From Octopus bimaculoides (taxonomy: Eukaryota), in assembly GCF_001194135.2 (NCBI RefSeq), contig NC_069001.1:9060177-9092726 (forward strand): a stretch of DNA of 32,550 nucleotides, written 5' to 3'. Numbering within the stretch: position 1 is the first letter of the stretch; each line of letters opens with the position of its first letter. Shown here piece after piece: positions 1 to 11,733 of this stretch. The translations under genes were made by a program, and so were the position numbers. Under the pieces are notes generated by a model. That model was not told the origin of the DNA. It saw nothing but the letters and a program-made list of their open reading frames with translations, and made no database searches.

Positions 1-636
1 ATATATATACTCACTTATATGCATAGTTTCTATTGATCAATCGTTCGATTGCACCATGAAAAACGCGCTTTCTTCAGTTGATTAACCTTCCGAGGTCTTC
101 TACCGGGTTTGAAAATTATTGCTGGACCTCTGCAATAATTCTAAGGATCTGAGAAGAGAATATCTTGAATAATATCATAATTAACTGATGGTTCTGTATT
201 TTCTTTTATCCAAAGCCAGGAACTATTTAGCGTCCCCTCGTATGTATATGTACATGGAATGGTAAAGAACAGATAAAGTTGCTCTTCTAAGTGCTACTAT
301 CATTAACACTGCATGAAGGAAATATTAAACTAACTTTTTCAAAATTTGAAATAAACTATTTGTGCAAATGGCTGGAGAAGATAATGTGTGTTTGGAGACT
401 CAAAATGTACAAACTCATGTTGCAAGATGTACTCGACTATTTGGCTGGTTGAGTTTAGTTGACTGGTTTAGTAGAGAAATTACACAAAAAGTAGTTATTT
501 AAAAAATATTTTATTGTTTGTAATTATGGAAAAAAATCTTACAAAAGGAAATATGTGATAGTCTTTCAAGATATTAAAAGAAATTCATTCACCTTTAATT
601 CCAATAAAATTAATTCTTTCTTTCCGTTATAATCAT

Positions 637-642
637 TTTATT
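637..642 (-). terminator. Candidate poly(A) signal of gene B (AATAAA); alternative at 510-515
   Basis: First AATAAA I found on the minus strand downstream of the stop at 1229; AT-rich background makes it weak. Confidence 0.3.
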
Positions 643-1228
643 TGTGTACGTAATAATAGAAAGTGGCATACATATGTTTTACTGCCACATGTATAAAGCA
701 TAAGCTATTGAAATTCACTGCGAAGGAAATATTTTAAATATTTTAATCAGTGGAGATTTTGTAACATCCACCATTGTTTTCAGAGCCTCCAAGATTCGTG
801 AGAGGAACGAGATTATCCTTAGGTGAAAAACCTAGCTTTTTTCTTACAATTTGTCTGAAAACATCCAAAGTCCAGGTGATGGTATTAAACTGAGCGATAA
901 TATCAGTCTACCGCACAAAATATAATGGTAAATAACGTTGGTTAATATTTCTTAATCGTCACGAGATATCTCGTAAAGAAAACTAAAAGTAGTGCTGTGT
1001 TGTATCACTCCTATATCACTCTCTCTTTTGGGAGAATCATGTAAAAAAAATGAAGACACAAACAGCAAAATTAAAGTTAGCTGTAGAGTTATTTTACGGA
1101 AGTATAACTATAATGAAAGGAAATAGGACTATGAAACTCGGCCGAACTGTTCGAAAAACATCGTCTTCTCAGCTGAGAAAAAGGCACAGGCGCTCAACAG
1201 TTGTCTTTCTTATATTGAATTACTCCAT

Positions 1229-1267
1229 TCAGTCAAATACCAATTTTGATACAAAGACAGCACATAT
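1229..1267 (-). CDS. Gene B exon 11 (terminal coding part), ICAVFVSKLVFD*
   Basis: Strong acceptor tgttttcaattttcag; peptide aligns with gene C terminal ESAKLVIKMGM* (xxAx[FL]VxK[LM]); no CaaX. Confidence 0.72.
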   Translation of the reverse strand: MCAVFVSKLVFD

Positions 1268-2520
1268 CTGAAAATTGAAAACAGATTAACAAATCAATGA
1301 ATAACAAAAAAGTTCTTCCTTTGGTGAGCGATAAATATTATTCATTTAAAGGACACAATACATATCTTTAAGTGCTACTAATAGTTTCACATGTTGAGAA
1401 ATATCTCAAACATATTCATCGGGCACAGGCCACATTTTATAATGAACATATATATATATACACACACACATAGATATGAGTGTGTGTGTGTGTTTGTGTG
1501 CGCGATACCATTTGTAAGCAATTAATTATTAAAGTGGAAAAAATTTAACGGCAAAGTCTTGCTTATTCATTTTGTTTTTCAGATATATAACACCATATAT
1601 ATATCTGCACATAAACTACTTCTGGTTTCATGCTCTCATCGTGCAGTAATCAAACAGGCTTGCATAACGAACCAGGCACGATCCATTCAATTCATCCTAT
1701 TACGCATTTCCTGTTTAGCTGTTAACACCTTCGGCTTAAAGAGACATAAGCTACCTTGTACGGTATGGATTATACCCCCTTCCTTTCAGAAATTTTCTTC
1801 ATCAATATTTTCTCATACATTTTCTTGTTTTCATATTTTACTTGCAAAGTCGCCATATTATTTGATCCTGAACGATGGCCATCTTATTACAGCACTATCT
1901 TAGCATGAAACTCGAAGTAGCTCACGTATAACTCAAGCATTTTCTAAACTCCATATATGTATATGTGTGTGCGCGTGTGTATATACGTGTATATGTATGC
2001 GTACATGCATCCATACATATATATGAAATGCATATTTATGAAATGAGGAGAGAGTGATATTGTAAAGCATGGAATAAAGAAATCTTACCTTATTGTTGTC
2101 TTTCAAAGTAATTGTCGATGGATTACTCAATGCAGACCACTCCGAGACTGTGGAGGACACAATGCCACTTTCTACAGAACCGTGTTTGTGTCCCCAAATC
2201 TAGAAATCGAAAGAAATTATTATTACTATTATTATTATAGAAGACTTCGCACAGTATCCAATATTGTGATGTTGTCGACTGAAGACATTGTGTGTTCCGG
2301 GGATTTGTAGTGTCTAGTTAGTAAAAATATTATTACTAACTGACACAACAAAGACCTCCAACACATAGTGCTTTACGCTCCTTTTTGAAGGCATCAACGT
2401 CCACATTGTATAGGTTTCTTAATGTCTTTTGTCGGGGAATTCAAAAACTGTTGGCCTTTGAACTCTAAGCTGTTGCCGTACTTGGTTCTGACTTTAGATG
2501 GCTACACAAACACACACACA

Positions 2521-2569
<49 letters not shown>

Positions 2570-5183
2570 TTATATACATACATACATACATACATACATA
2601 CATCGTGCGTTCTTTAGAATTTTCCACTCTAGTCAGATACAACGAACTACTCCAAAACCTCGTTAGATCATTAGCATATATTTTGAAATGTATTAACTGA
2701 AGGAGATCTTGCGTAAGAGGGTGTATTTACTTTTATATATTACGCAACACCAACGCCCTCTCAACGATTAACCAGAGATGATTTTTAAAATGAAAATAAC
2801 TGAAATAAACTCGACTGCTCTCACAAACGAGAATGCTAAAAATTAACCCGACCGCTCTCCAAAATTAAGTAAAAAAAAAAAAAAAGCAGGAAAAGTAATC
2901 CAGAATCTTTGTCCTGTACCGAATCGATCCCAAAATCTAATGAGTTCGTGCCAGTCACGAGACCAAAGAAAATGTGAAGGCCATTGTGGTCGATAAGGAC
3001 ACATACAGGAAACTAAAAGACATGTGCAGAGAAAAAATTGACCTGCCCGGAGTAGCGGTGGAGTTCGACGAGCTGCCACCAGTAATTGAACTCAAGAACT
3101 TGGAGCCTTTTATGAGATATTAAAAAGTTTTTAAAAAAAGAGTAAAATTGTTTGGAAAAAAAAGGAACAAAAAAGAAGGAAAAAAGTGAATGTTTTGTGT
3201 TAATATAAAAAAAGAGAGAAAAAACAATAGAAAAACGATGGTAAATAGAAATAGTATATATCAACGTTCAAATAGTACTGCATGAGAATGGGGCCCATAC
3301 ATCCATTTCATTTCTTCATTATATAACATCTCATTGTCATTCGTTTTATGTTTTATATCCCCATTGTAATGTTGTGGCTGCGCCAATAGTGTCCCCCTCT
3401 GTGTTGTGGCTGTAAGTGCCAAATAAAGAAATTAGTCACGAGACCAAATTTTCCAAAAATTTCATCCGAATCCATCCAGAGGTTCTTGAGATATCTTGTC
3501 CACGGACAAACAAACAAATACACACGGCTGAAAACAATATCTCTGCCTACGCTAAGGCGGAGGTAATAATATTTTTACTAACTGAAGATATGCTCATTGA
3601 CCTGAAAGTGACTGAAGAATCATCACTATATAGATGAGATAATACAGTTAAAATATCAGAAATAAATTAATCTTTTTAATGTTGCTGCTTAGTGTAATCG
3701 GTAGCGCTCTCCCCCAGCAGTCGATAGATAAGGGTTTTGATTACGTCACTGAGCGGTCTGTTCCTTTCCTCATTTTGAATTGGTGCTTATAAAGAGAGGT
3801 ACATTTTAAGAATAACGAACATTTCAAGAAAAGAAGAAAAAAAACTTACCTTGATGAATTTGCTAGAACTGAACACGTTACTATCTGTAAATGTATGCGT
3901 GCAGCTCTCACCATTTTCTGTTGTTTGGTTTAATGTCCAATTCTTCACGTTTGTTGCATTCTATGATTTGAAAAATATGTCAAAAAATATGTCAAAAATA
4001 CTATGATATTGCAGATCAACAGCAGCATAGCCTAAGTTGAACGAACCTATGATTAAATGCGTTCTATTTATGAGAACCTTATATAATTCTTTCTGATATA
4101 TTGCATTCTGTTCTAACTTATTTAAGAGGGTAGTTTTTAATTGAATTGGAAGTGCGTGAATTTGGCTGATGTTTCTAGAATGTAAAGTAACTGCATAACA
4201 TTTACCTCGTTGGCCTCTGCGCCTCTATGTGTCTACTTATTTGTAGTTAAGTCTGTATGTATTGTACTTATGTTATCTGATTTACGAATGCTGTGATGAT
4301 ATAGAAAATTACAAAAAAAGGAAAGATAATCTGTCCTAATATTTCTTACCTTTGGAGACTTATCTTTAAGTTCAATGTATTTTCCATCGGGGTCTAATTC
4401 AATGATAGACACAGTCCCTTTTGTAGTGCGTTCCACTCTGATTCTTCCCAATAAGAAATCTGCAAATCAAGGGTATCTTAATGCTATATCTTACTCATAT
4501 ATGAATCATATATTAATGTCATGATGGGGCTCGAAATCTCGAGATAGTACAAATCAAAATTAATATGTATCAATACATAAGCACCAAAATACAAGAGCAA
4601 CATAAATTCTGTGCACATATTAAAAAAAAAAAAACACCGAATATATTCCCAGAATTTGAATCCGCTACTAGTTCGCCCCAAGAAGCTAATCTTCAGCAAC
4701 GCAGAAAAGGGAAATCATGTCAATTTTATATATGCAGGAACGTTAGCACGCCGGGCGGTATTTCGTTTGCGTTACGTTCTGAGTTCAAATTCCGCCGAGG
4801 TCGACTTTGCCTTTCATCCTTTCGGGGTCGATAAATCAAGTACCGGTTACGCACTGGGGTCGATGTAATCAACTTAATCCCTTTATCTGTCCTTGTTTGT
4901 CCCCTCTATGTTTAGCCCCTTGTGGGCAATAAAGAAATAAGGAACGTAAGCACACCAGGCGAAATGCTTAGCGTTGTTATATCTGTCTTTACGTTCTGAG
5001 TTCAAATTCCGCCGAGGTTGACTTTATCTTTCATCCTTTCGGGGTCGATAAATTAAGTACCAGTTGCGTACTGGGTCGATCTAATACGCTTAATATACGT
5101 ATATGTTTTTTATCTGTTGTTGTTTATTTACAATGCATTTTTCATTTAGTAACGGAACGCAACGCACACACTACTTTTATTAA

Positions 5184-5245
<62 letters not shown>

Positions 5246-7622
5246 TGTGTCTGTGTCTGTGCGCGTGCATGTGCATGTGTGTACATGTATACGTGATGAC
5301 TGAATAATAAAGCCAAGAACACCTACTTAACTCATTTCCCAGTGCATTAGCCTGTACATTCTCACTGTGTGTTTGGTATTCATGTACTGGAGTCACCACT
5401 TCATCAAGGTTCTTCCTGTGGTAATGAAATATATTCTGAGAAATTTCTATTGTAGTTTTAAGAAATCACATATGGAAACAACCTAATTACATCATGGAAG
5501 AGCCAATTTGGCACGAAATCTATTATATTAACTTTTCACCTAGATATCGAGGTGTGAAACCTTTTGTTGCAGATTTGCTATCTGGTCTGTGATGCAGTTC
5601 CATTAACATACAAGTACAACTCCGTATTCTCTGTAAATGCACAAAAATCGTTTAAAGGGCTACAAACTTTGTATTGTAGTTATTGAATTAGCGAAACAAT
5701 TATGAGAACGGAACCACGGAATAAGCCCAGCTTTTCCGGTAATTACCGGCTACGTCAGCTAGTATATATATATGGCAATATGACCATCCCCAAGTACAAC
5801 AACATATATATATATATATATATANNNNNNNNNNNNNNNNNNNNNNNNNNNNNNNNNNNNNNNNNNNNNNNNNNNNNNNNNNNNNNNNNNNNNNNNNNNN
5901 NNNNNNNNNNNNNNNNNNNNNNNNNNNNNNNNNNNNNNNNNNNNNNNNNNNNNNNNNNNNNNNNNNNNNNNNNNNNNNNNNNNNNNNNNNNNNNNNNNNN
6001 NNNNNNNNNNNNNNNNNNNNNNNNNNNNNNNNNNNNNNNNNNNNNNNNNNNNNNNNNNNNNNNNNNNNNNNNNNNNNNNNNNNNNNNNNNNNNNNNNNNN
6101 NNNNNNNNNNNNNNNNNNNNNNNNNNNNNNNNNNNNNNATATATATATTTCTATGTTTCAGTGATGCAAAGTATTGCATATAACGGTTACAAAGAATAGA
6201 TCATGCAGTTGTTAAGTAATAAAGGGATTGGATTGATTATTTTCAAATTCAGAAATATTCACAGCAAAGTAAATGCAGTCAACAGAAAAGATATCTGCAT
6301 AGGTCGGAAACCGTGGAGTCAGCAACGGAGACAAATCCATAATTTACTTAACATGAAGTTTTCTCAAGAGAAGTTTGGCATTCTCTTAGCATTATTTAAT
6401 GTAAAGTACATTTGTTTACCTGTCGTCGTCTCCATCAAGGAGCTTGCGGTAGGTTGAAATCTCCGTTTCCAAGGTGAGTTTAGAATCCATCAGATCTTTT
6501 AATTGCTTTAAAACTACTTCAATCTCCGAGCGTAATTCATTGACTTTGAACTGATTTTCTTTCCTCTCCTTGGCTTTTTCTTCTTGTATCATCTCTAGCT
6601 CGGCTTCTAATGAACTCATTTGATTTCTCAGGATTGTAATCTTTCCAAATGAAATGAAATGCTCTCATTTTTTTTTTAAATTATGATAAAAACACACCAC
6701 TTGGTTGTACATAGATGTAGATTATATAAAGCTAGATGCTCGTACATACATAAAAAATATACATAACATATACACATACGCACAGACACATGTATATATA
6801 TATATATATATACACATACATACATTCATACAGCACAATGCAACCCACAATCTGACGATCATGAGTCCAACACGCTAACCACTAAGCCATGCGCCTCCAC
6901 ACGCATACGTATAACGTATTGTATTTATGATACAGCAGTTCGAGAGATAGCATATAAGGTCTCAACAACTATTAACTCCCTGCAATACTCAAGTAAGACC
7001 CGTAATAGAATGTTGCTCTTACATCTAGAAGGATGCTTTTCAAATGCATAAAGACACACCAAAGACAGGCCAGTCGTCTAATTTATCAGAAGTCGATTAC
7101 AAACTTCCACAATTTTAGGCCCACAAATATGCTGTTTCGTCCTTTTCTTATTCCCTGGAGCTGTTTGTGTCTCCTGCTGCATTTACTCAGACACATTCGA
7201 TTCATATTTCTTTCCGAATTTTACCCTTCTCCTTAAAGTTACATTATGGCAAGTCTCTCCACCATAGAACGTCGGGCCTTTAGATATTCCTCCCTGCATA
7301 TGTCTTTTTCTGCAGGCGTTATGTACAAATATTCAAGTGCAACGTTAACCGCGTTCCTTGTATTTAAAATGGCCACGATGTCTCAGAACATTTTCGTTAT
7401 CATATTTTTGTTTCAATACTCCATTTCAATCAATTTTGAAAATAATGAAAAAGGTTGTAAAATAACGTTGTCATTATTAAGATGGCGTTTAGAACAAAAA
7501 TTAACAAGTATTTTTGATGAAATAATTTGACTTAGATCACTTTCGAAACCGAAAGCGTGTATGAGAGAACTAGGGACAGTTACAGGTGGGGATTCTTGTG
7601 ATGCCTTCTGTCTAATGATTTC

Positions 7623-7690
<68 letters not shown>

Positions 7691-7890
7691 TCTATGAAAA
7701 CAAAAGACGATATGAGATCGTTGGTTGAAAGTTTTTTCTTACCGTGCCTTCATATTCTGATAATGTTTCTAGTGACTCTTTGTTTTCGGAACGGAAATGC
7801 ATTCTAACCGAAGAATCGACTGTGTCTGCATATGTAGTTATCACAGAAAGACGCAATTCCTTGAGCTGTTAAATAATAATTATAATAAAA

Positions 7891-7952
<62 letters not shown>

Positions 7953-8537
7953 AGAAATTTTTGCAGTCATTTTGAACGTTTGTCATTCAATTTCATAATC
8001 GGGTCATAATCGGGAATGAGCAAGTATCTAGACTATGCCGCATCTGTAATAGAGTGGACGAAACCATTGCCCATATTGTGAACGAATGCCCTAGACTTGC
8101 CCAAAACCATTACTCGTTGTGGTGACACGATTAAGTAGCAAAAGTGTTACATTGGAAACTGCGAAAGTGGGAACTAGAGTGAGGCAAGACGTGGTAAGAG
8201 CACAAACTGTAGAGAGTGGTAGAGTCGCAGACTAGCAAAAAATCCTCTGCACTTAGCTTGCACTTAGCTCAGTTTCTCTATATACTTGCAACCACCACAT
8301 TATCATACTCGCGTACGAAAACAAATTTAAGCTCAAATATTTGCGTCCATAATCGTTCAATAGGCGTAGGAGTGGCTGTGTGGTAAGTAGCTTGTTTACA
8401 GACCACATGGTTCCGGGTTCAGTCCCACTGCGTGGCACCTTGGGCAAGTATCTTCTACTATAGTCTCGGGCCGACCAAAGCCATGTGAGTGGATTTGGTA
8501 GACGGAAACTGAAAGAAGCCCGTCGAATATATGTATA

Positions 8538-8586
<49 letters not shown>

Positions 8587-11155
8587 GTGTTTGTCCCCCC
8601 CAACATCTCTTGACAACCGATGCTGGTGTGTTTACGTCCCCGTAACTTAGCGATTCAGCAAAAAGAGACCGATAGATTAAGTACTAGGCTTACAAAGAAT
8701 AAGTCCCGGGGTCGATTTGCTCGACTAAAGGCGGTGCTCCAGCATAGCCACAGTCAAATGACTGAAACAAGTAAAAGAGTAAAGAGTAAAGAGTTATCAA
8801 GATGTATGCATTTCTCGAAATTTTCAAACTTAACATACAACAACCATCAAACATCGTCAGATCGATATGTTCATTTCTGTAATCTACTTTTTCACTTTTC
8901 TTTGGAATTCACCTCAATCGTTTCGGTCACCTCTATAAGCTGTCTTCACATTTCCATTATTGCACAGACTTTGGCACAATTAGGTTGCTTTTACAAAAGT
9001 CTTGTAAAATTATGTCAACATTCGCAAAGCATTAAATAATTTCATAGAAAGGAATTTTAGAAATTGTGTGGAGTTATTATAAACATATAAAAATAATTGT
9101 TATTTTTACTTTATTTCTTACCTGTGCACTATATCTGTTTTCAAGATTAGTAGTAATTTGTTGTAACTGAGATTCATATTCTTCACTTAAATCAGAAACA
9201 ATACTTTCAAGTTCAGCTTTCGGTATATCACATAAACTGGGCTGGTTCTTCATCTTCGACAGCATTGATCGGTATTCCTTCATCTCCTGCAAGTAGAAAT
9301 TTGAAAACGAAATGGTAATTAGTGTTGAAGCAAAGTCTCTCACCGCACACTCTATTGAGAAGATACTCTACATTTTAAACATTAAAGTAGACAGACGTGA
9401 ATATAGAAAATTGTTACCATGATATATTGCTGCAACTTACTTTATCAAGGGTAACCAATTGGTGGAGTTGGATGGAATGTCTACGGTATTTATCCCCGCT
9501 CTCGTCATTATGAGTTCAAATCCAGCCTAGGCCGAGTTTGATTTTGAACCATTCATTTCGATAAAAAACAGTATTTAATTCTACCTTCGACCCCACACTT
9601 TCTCAGACACGGTTATGTCCAAGGTCATGGTTGAGATCAGAAAAGAGTGTTCACGTCGCAGACCCCCAAATCCTTTTACAATCAGTGAGTGAAGTCGACA
9701 ATAAGAAATAAATAATTTTATGAAAGACAAAGACAAAAGATAGGAAAGGCAACGGGACTTGAAATTATAAATTTGGAAATGTTTTTATAAACTGTTTTGT
9801 AGCTGTTTATAAACTATGGGATTGCTTTTTTACAAATATTATAACACAAAATAATATACCAAAGTCTCTTTTGACCCCAGAAACTAAAGGATCATCCAAG
9901 CTATGAATTTTTGCGATTTTGGTGACAAGCTCTTACGGTGTCAATTTCTACAATTTAAACTGCTGGGTTTTCTGTTATCTTACATCCACGTATAGACCAG
10001 ATCTCTCTCTAGGCAAAATTCTGGATATTTCCTTTCTTAAAAAAAAGCAATTTATCACGAAATATTTTCGAAAACCAAGATGAATTTCAAACAAGTACTA
10101 GAAACGGTTCTTTGCCAATTATGGATTTTTTAATCAGATGGAAAGCTGGCAGTTTGAGATTTGATGATTTTACATCTGCTGGTTCGTTCCTGCTGATGCT
10201 GATCCGATACCCCAAATTAAATGGATTTGATTGAAAAAGGCCTTAAATGATGTGAACATTTTTTGAATGAAAGTGGCTGAAATATCTCATGGCGTTTCAC
10301 CAAAAAAAATAATAAATAAATCGACGAAGAAAAAATGCATTACAACAGCATGGACATCAGTGCGGAAAGCAAGTTCATTTTCTAATGACTTGACACGTTC
10401 AGCTTCAATCAATCTTTGAGTAGTTTCGTCTTGTAATTCCTAAAAAATAATAAAAAGAAAAATAAATAATTATTTTTGAAGAAATTATCTCTTCAAATAA
10501 CGAATTATTGTGTCTTACACAAAGACGAAAGTTTCATGATTACATAGGCGATGGAAAGCGGGTATTGCTGTTTGTGGCGCTGCTTAACCGCAGGTCAGCT
10601 ATGATAAAATAAACTCACGACAAAGACTCATCATCCTGTCTTTCATTTAGGCAAAGTGTATCTAGGGCTGCATTATCACATGTATATTTTAAGTCGGTAG
10701 GGTGTAATTTGAGAACATTTTTGCTGCTCTTTCTGAAAGGTCAAGTGGTCATGCAGAAGCAGCTTCTCCAGATGGGCTACTAGTAGAATGGAAAGAGTTG
10801 GCGATACATGTTACATATGGAGGCGCAATGTCAGATTTGTTATGTTTACATTTTATTGAGGTTTTCACGAGGATATTCCACCAGTATTACTTTTGGGGCA
10901 GACAAATACATAGATAGACAGACAAACGTGGTGTGATTATAAAGTATTTCAATTTACCGATGTAAGTGGTTTAATTTCATTCGCTAGCTGGACATATTTC
11001 TCTTTCGAGCGAGCAAGTTGTTTTTCGAGGTAATTTGCTCTCTTTCTGAATGTTTCGGTGTCTGAAATTTGTCGGGAAACGTCATCATGCAACCCGTTAA
11101 CAGCGTGCCCCATTTTATCATTTCTGTCCTGCAGATGATTCGTCCTGTTAAACAA

Positions 11156-11216
<61 letters not shown>

Positions 11217-11333
11217 TGGTTGTGATGCATGTACCTGGTGTACCCTTATTAGATGGGTAGTCATGATGGGTATATTGGGCTTCGTATATTTTACCTCAGT
11301 GTCACTTTGATGGCATGCACTGCTCTCTCACTC

Positions 11334-11377
<44 letters not shown>

Positions 11378-11668
11378 NNNNNNNNNNNNNNNNNNNNNNN
11401 NNNNNNNNNNNNNNNNNNNNNNNNNNNNNNNNNNNNNNNNNNNNNNNNNNNNNNNNNNNNNNNNNNNNNNNNNNNNNNNNNNNNNNNNNNNNNNNNNNNN
11501 NNNNNNNNNNNNNNNNNNNNNNNNNNNNNNNNNNNNNNNNNNNNNNNNNNNNNNNNNNNNNNNNNNNNNNNNNNNNNNNNNNNNNNNNAATCGCAGGATA
11601 ATGCTAATAATATAGCCTGAACAGGATAAACTACCCCTATTTTGCAGAAAAAAGTGTAGGCGGTTAGC

Positions 11669-11733
<65 letters not shown>

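Noticed and set aside
1-500. Possible exon of a third IF paralog at the left edge (acceptor-like ttctcttctcag near 150)
   Set aside because: All three frames after the AG stop quickly and show no IF similarity.
1866-1945. Alternative terminal exon for gene B (KMLELYVSYFEFHAKIVL*)
   Set aside because: Weak acceptor and no similarity to the gene C terminal exon; 1267-1229 fits better.
5700-6199. Long ORFs spanning N-gaps (also 11253-11785, 14538-14850, 25083-25562, 27942-28460)
   Set aside because: They are open only because N codons contain no stops.
7797-8009. Poly-Asp, poly-His, poly-Asn, poly-Ile and HT/CV-repeat ORFs (also 2422, 5142, 11069, 14063, 15741)
   Set aside because: They are translations of microsatellites, with no splice or homology support.
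8364-8440. tRNA-like sequences (also 3690-3770, 6841-6900, and B-boxes at ~4785 and ~19490)
   Set aside because: No complete cloverleaf; they continue into SINE bodies, so they are not tRNA genes.
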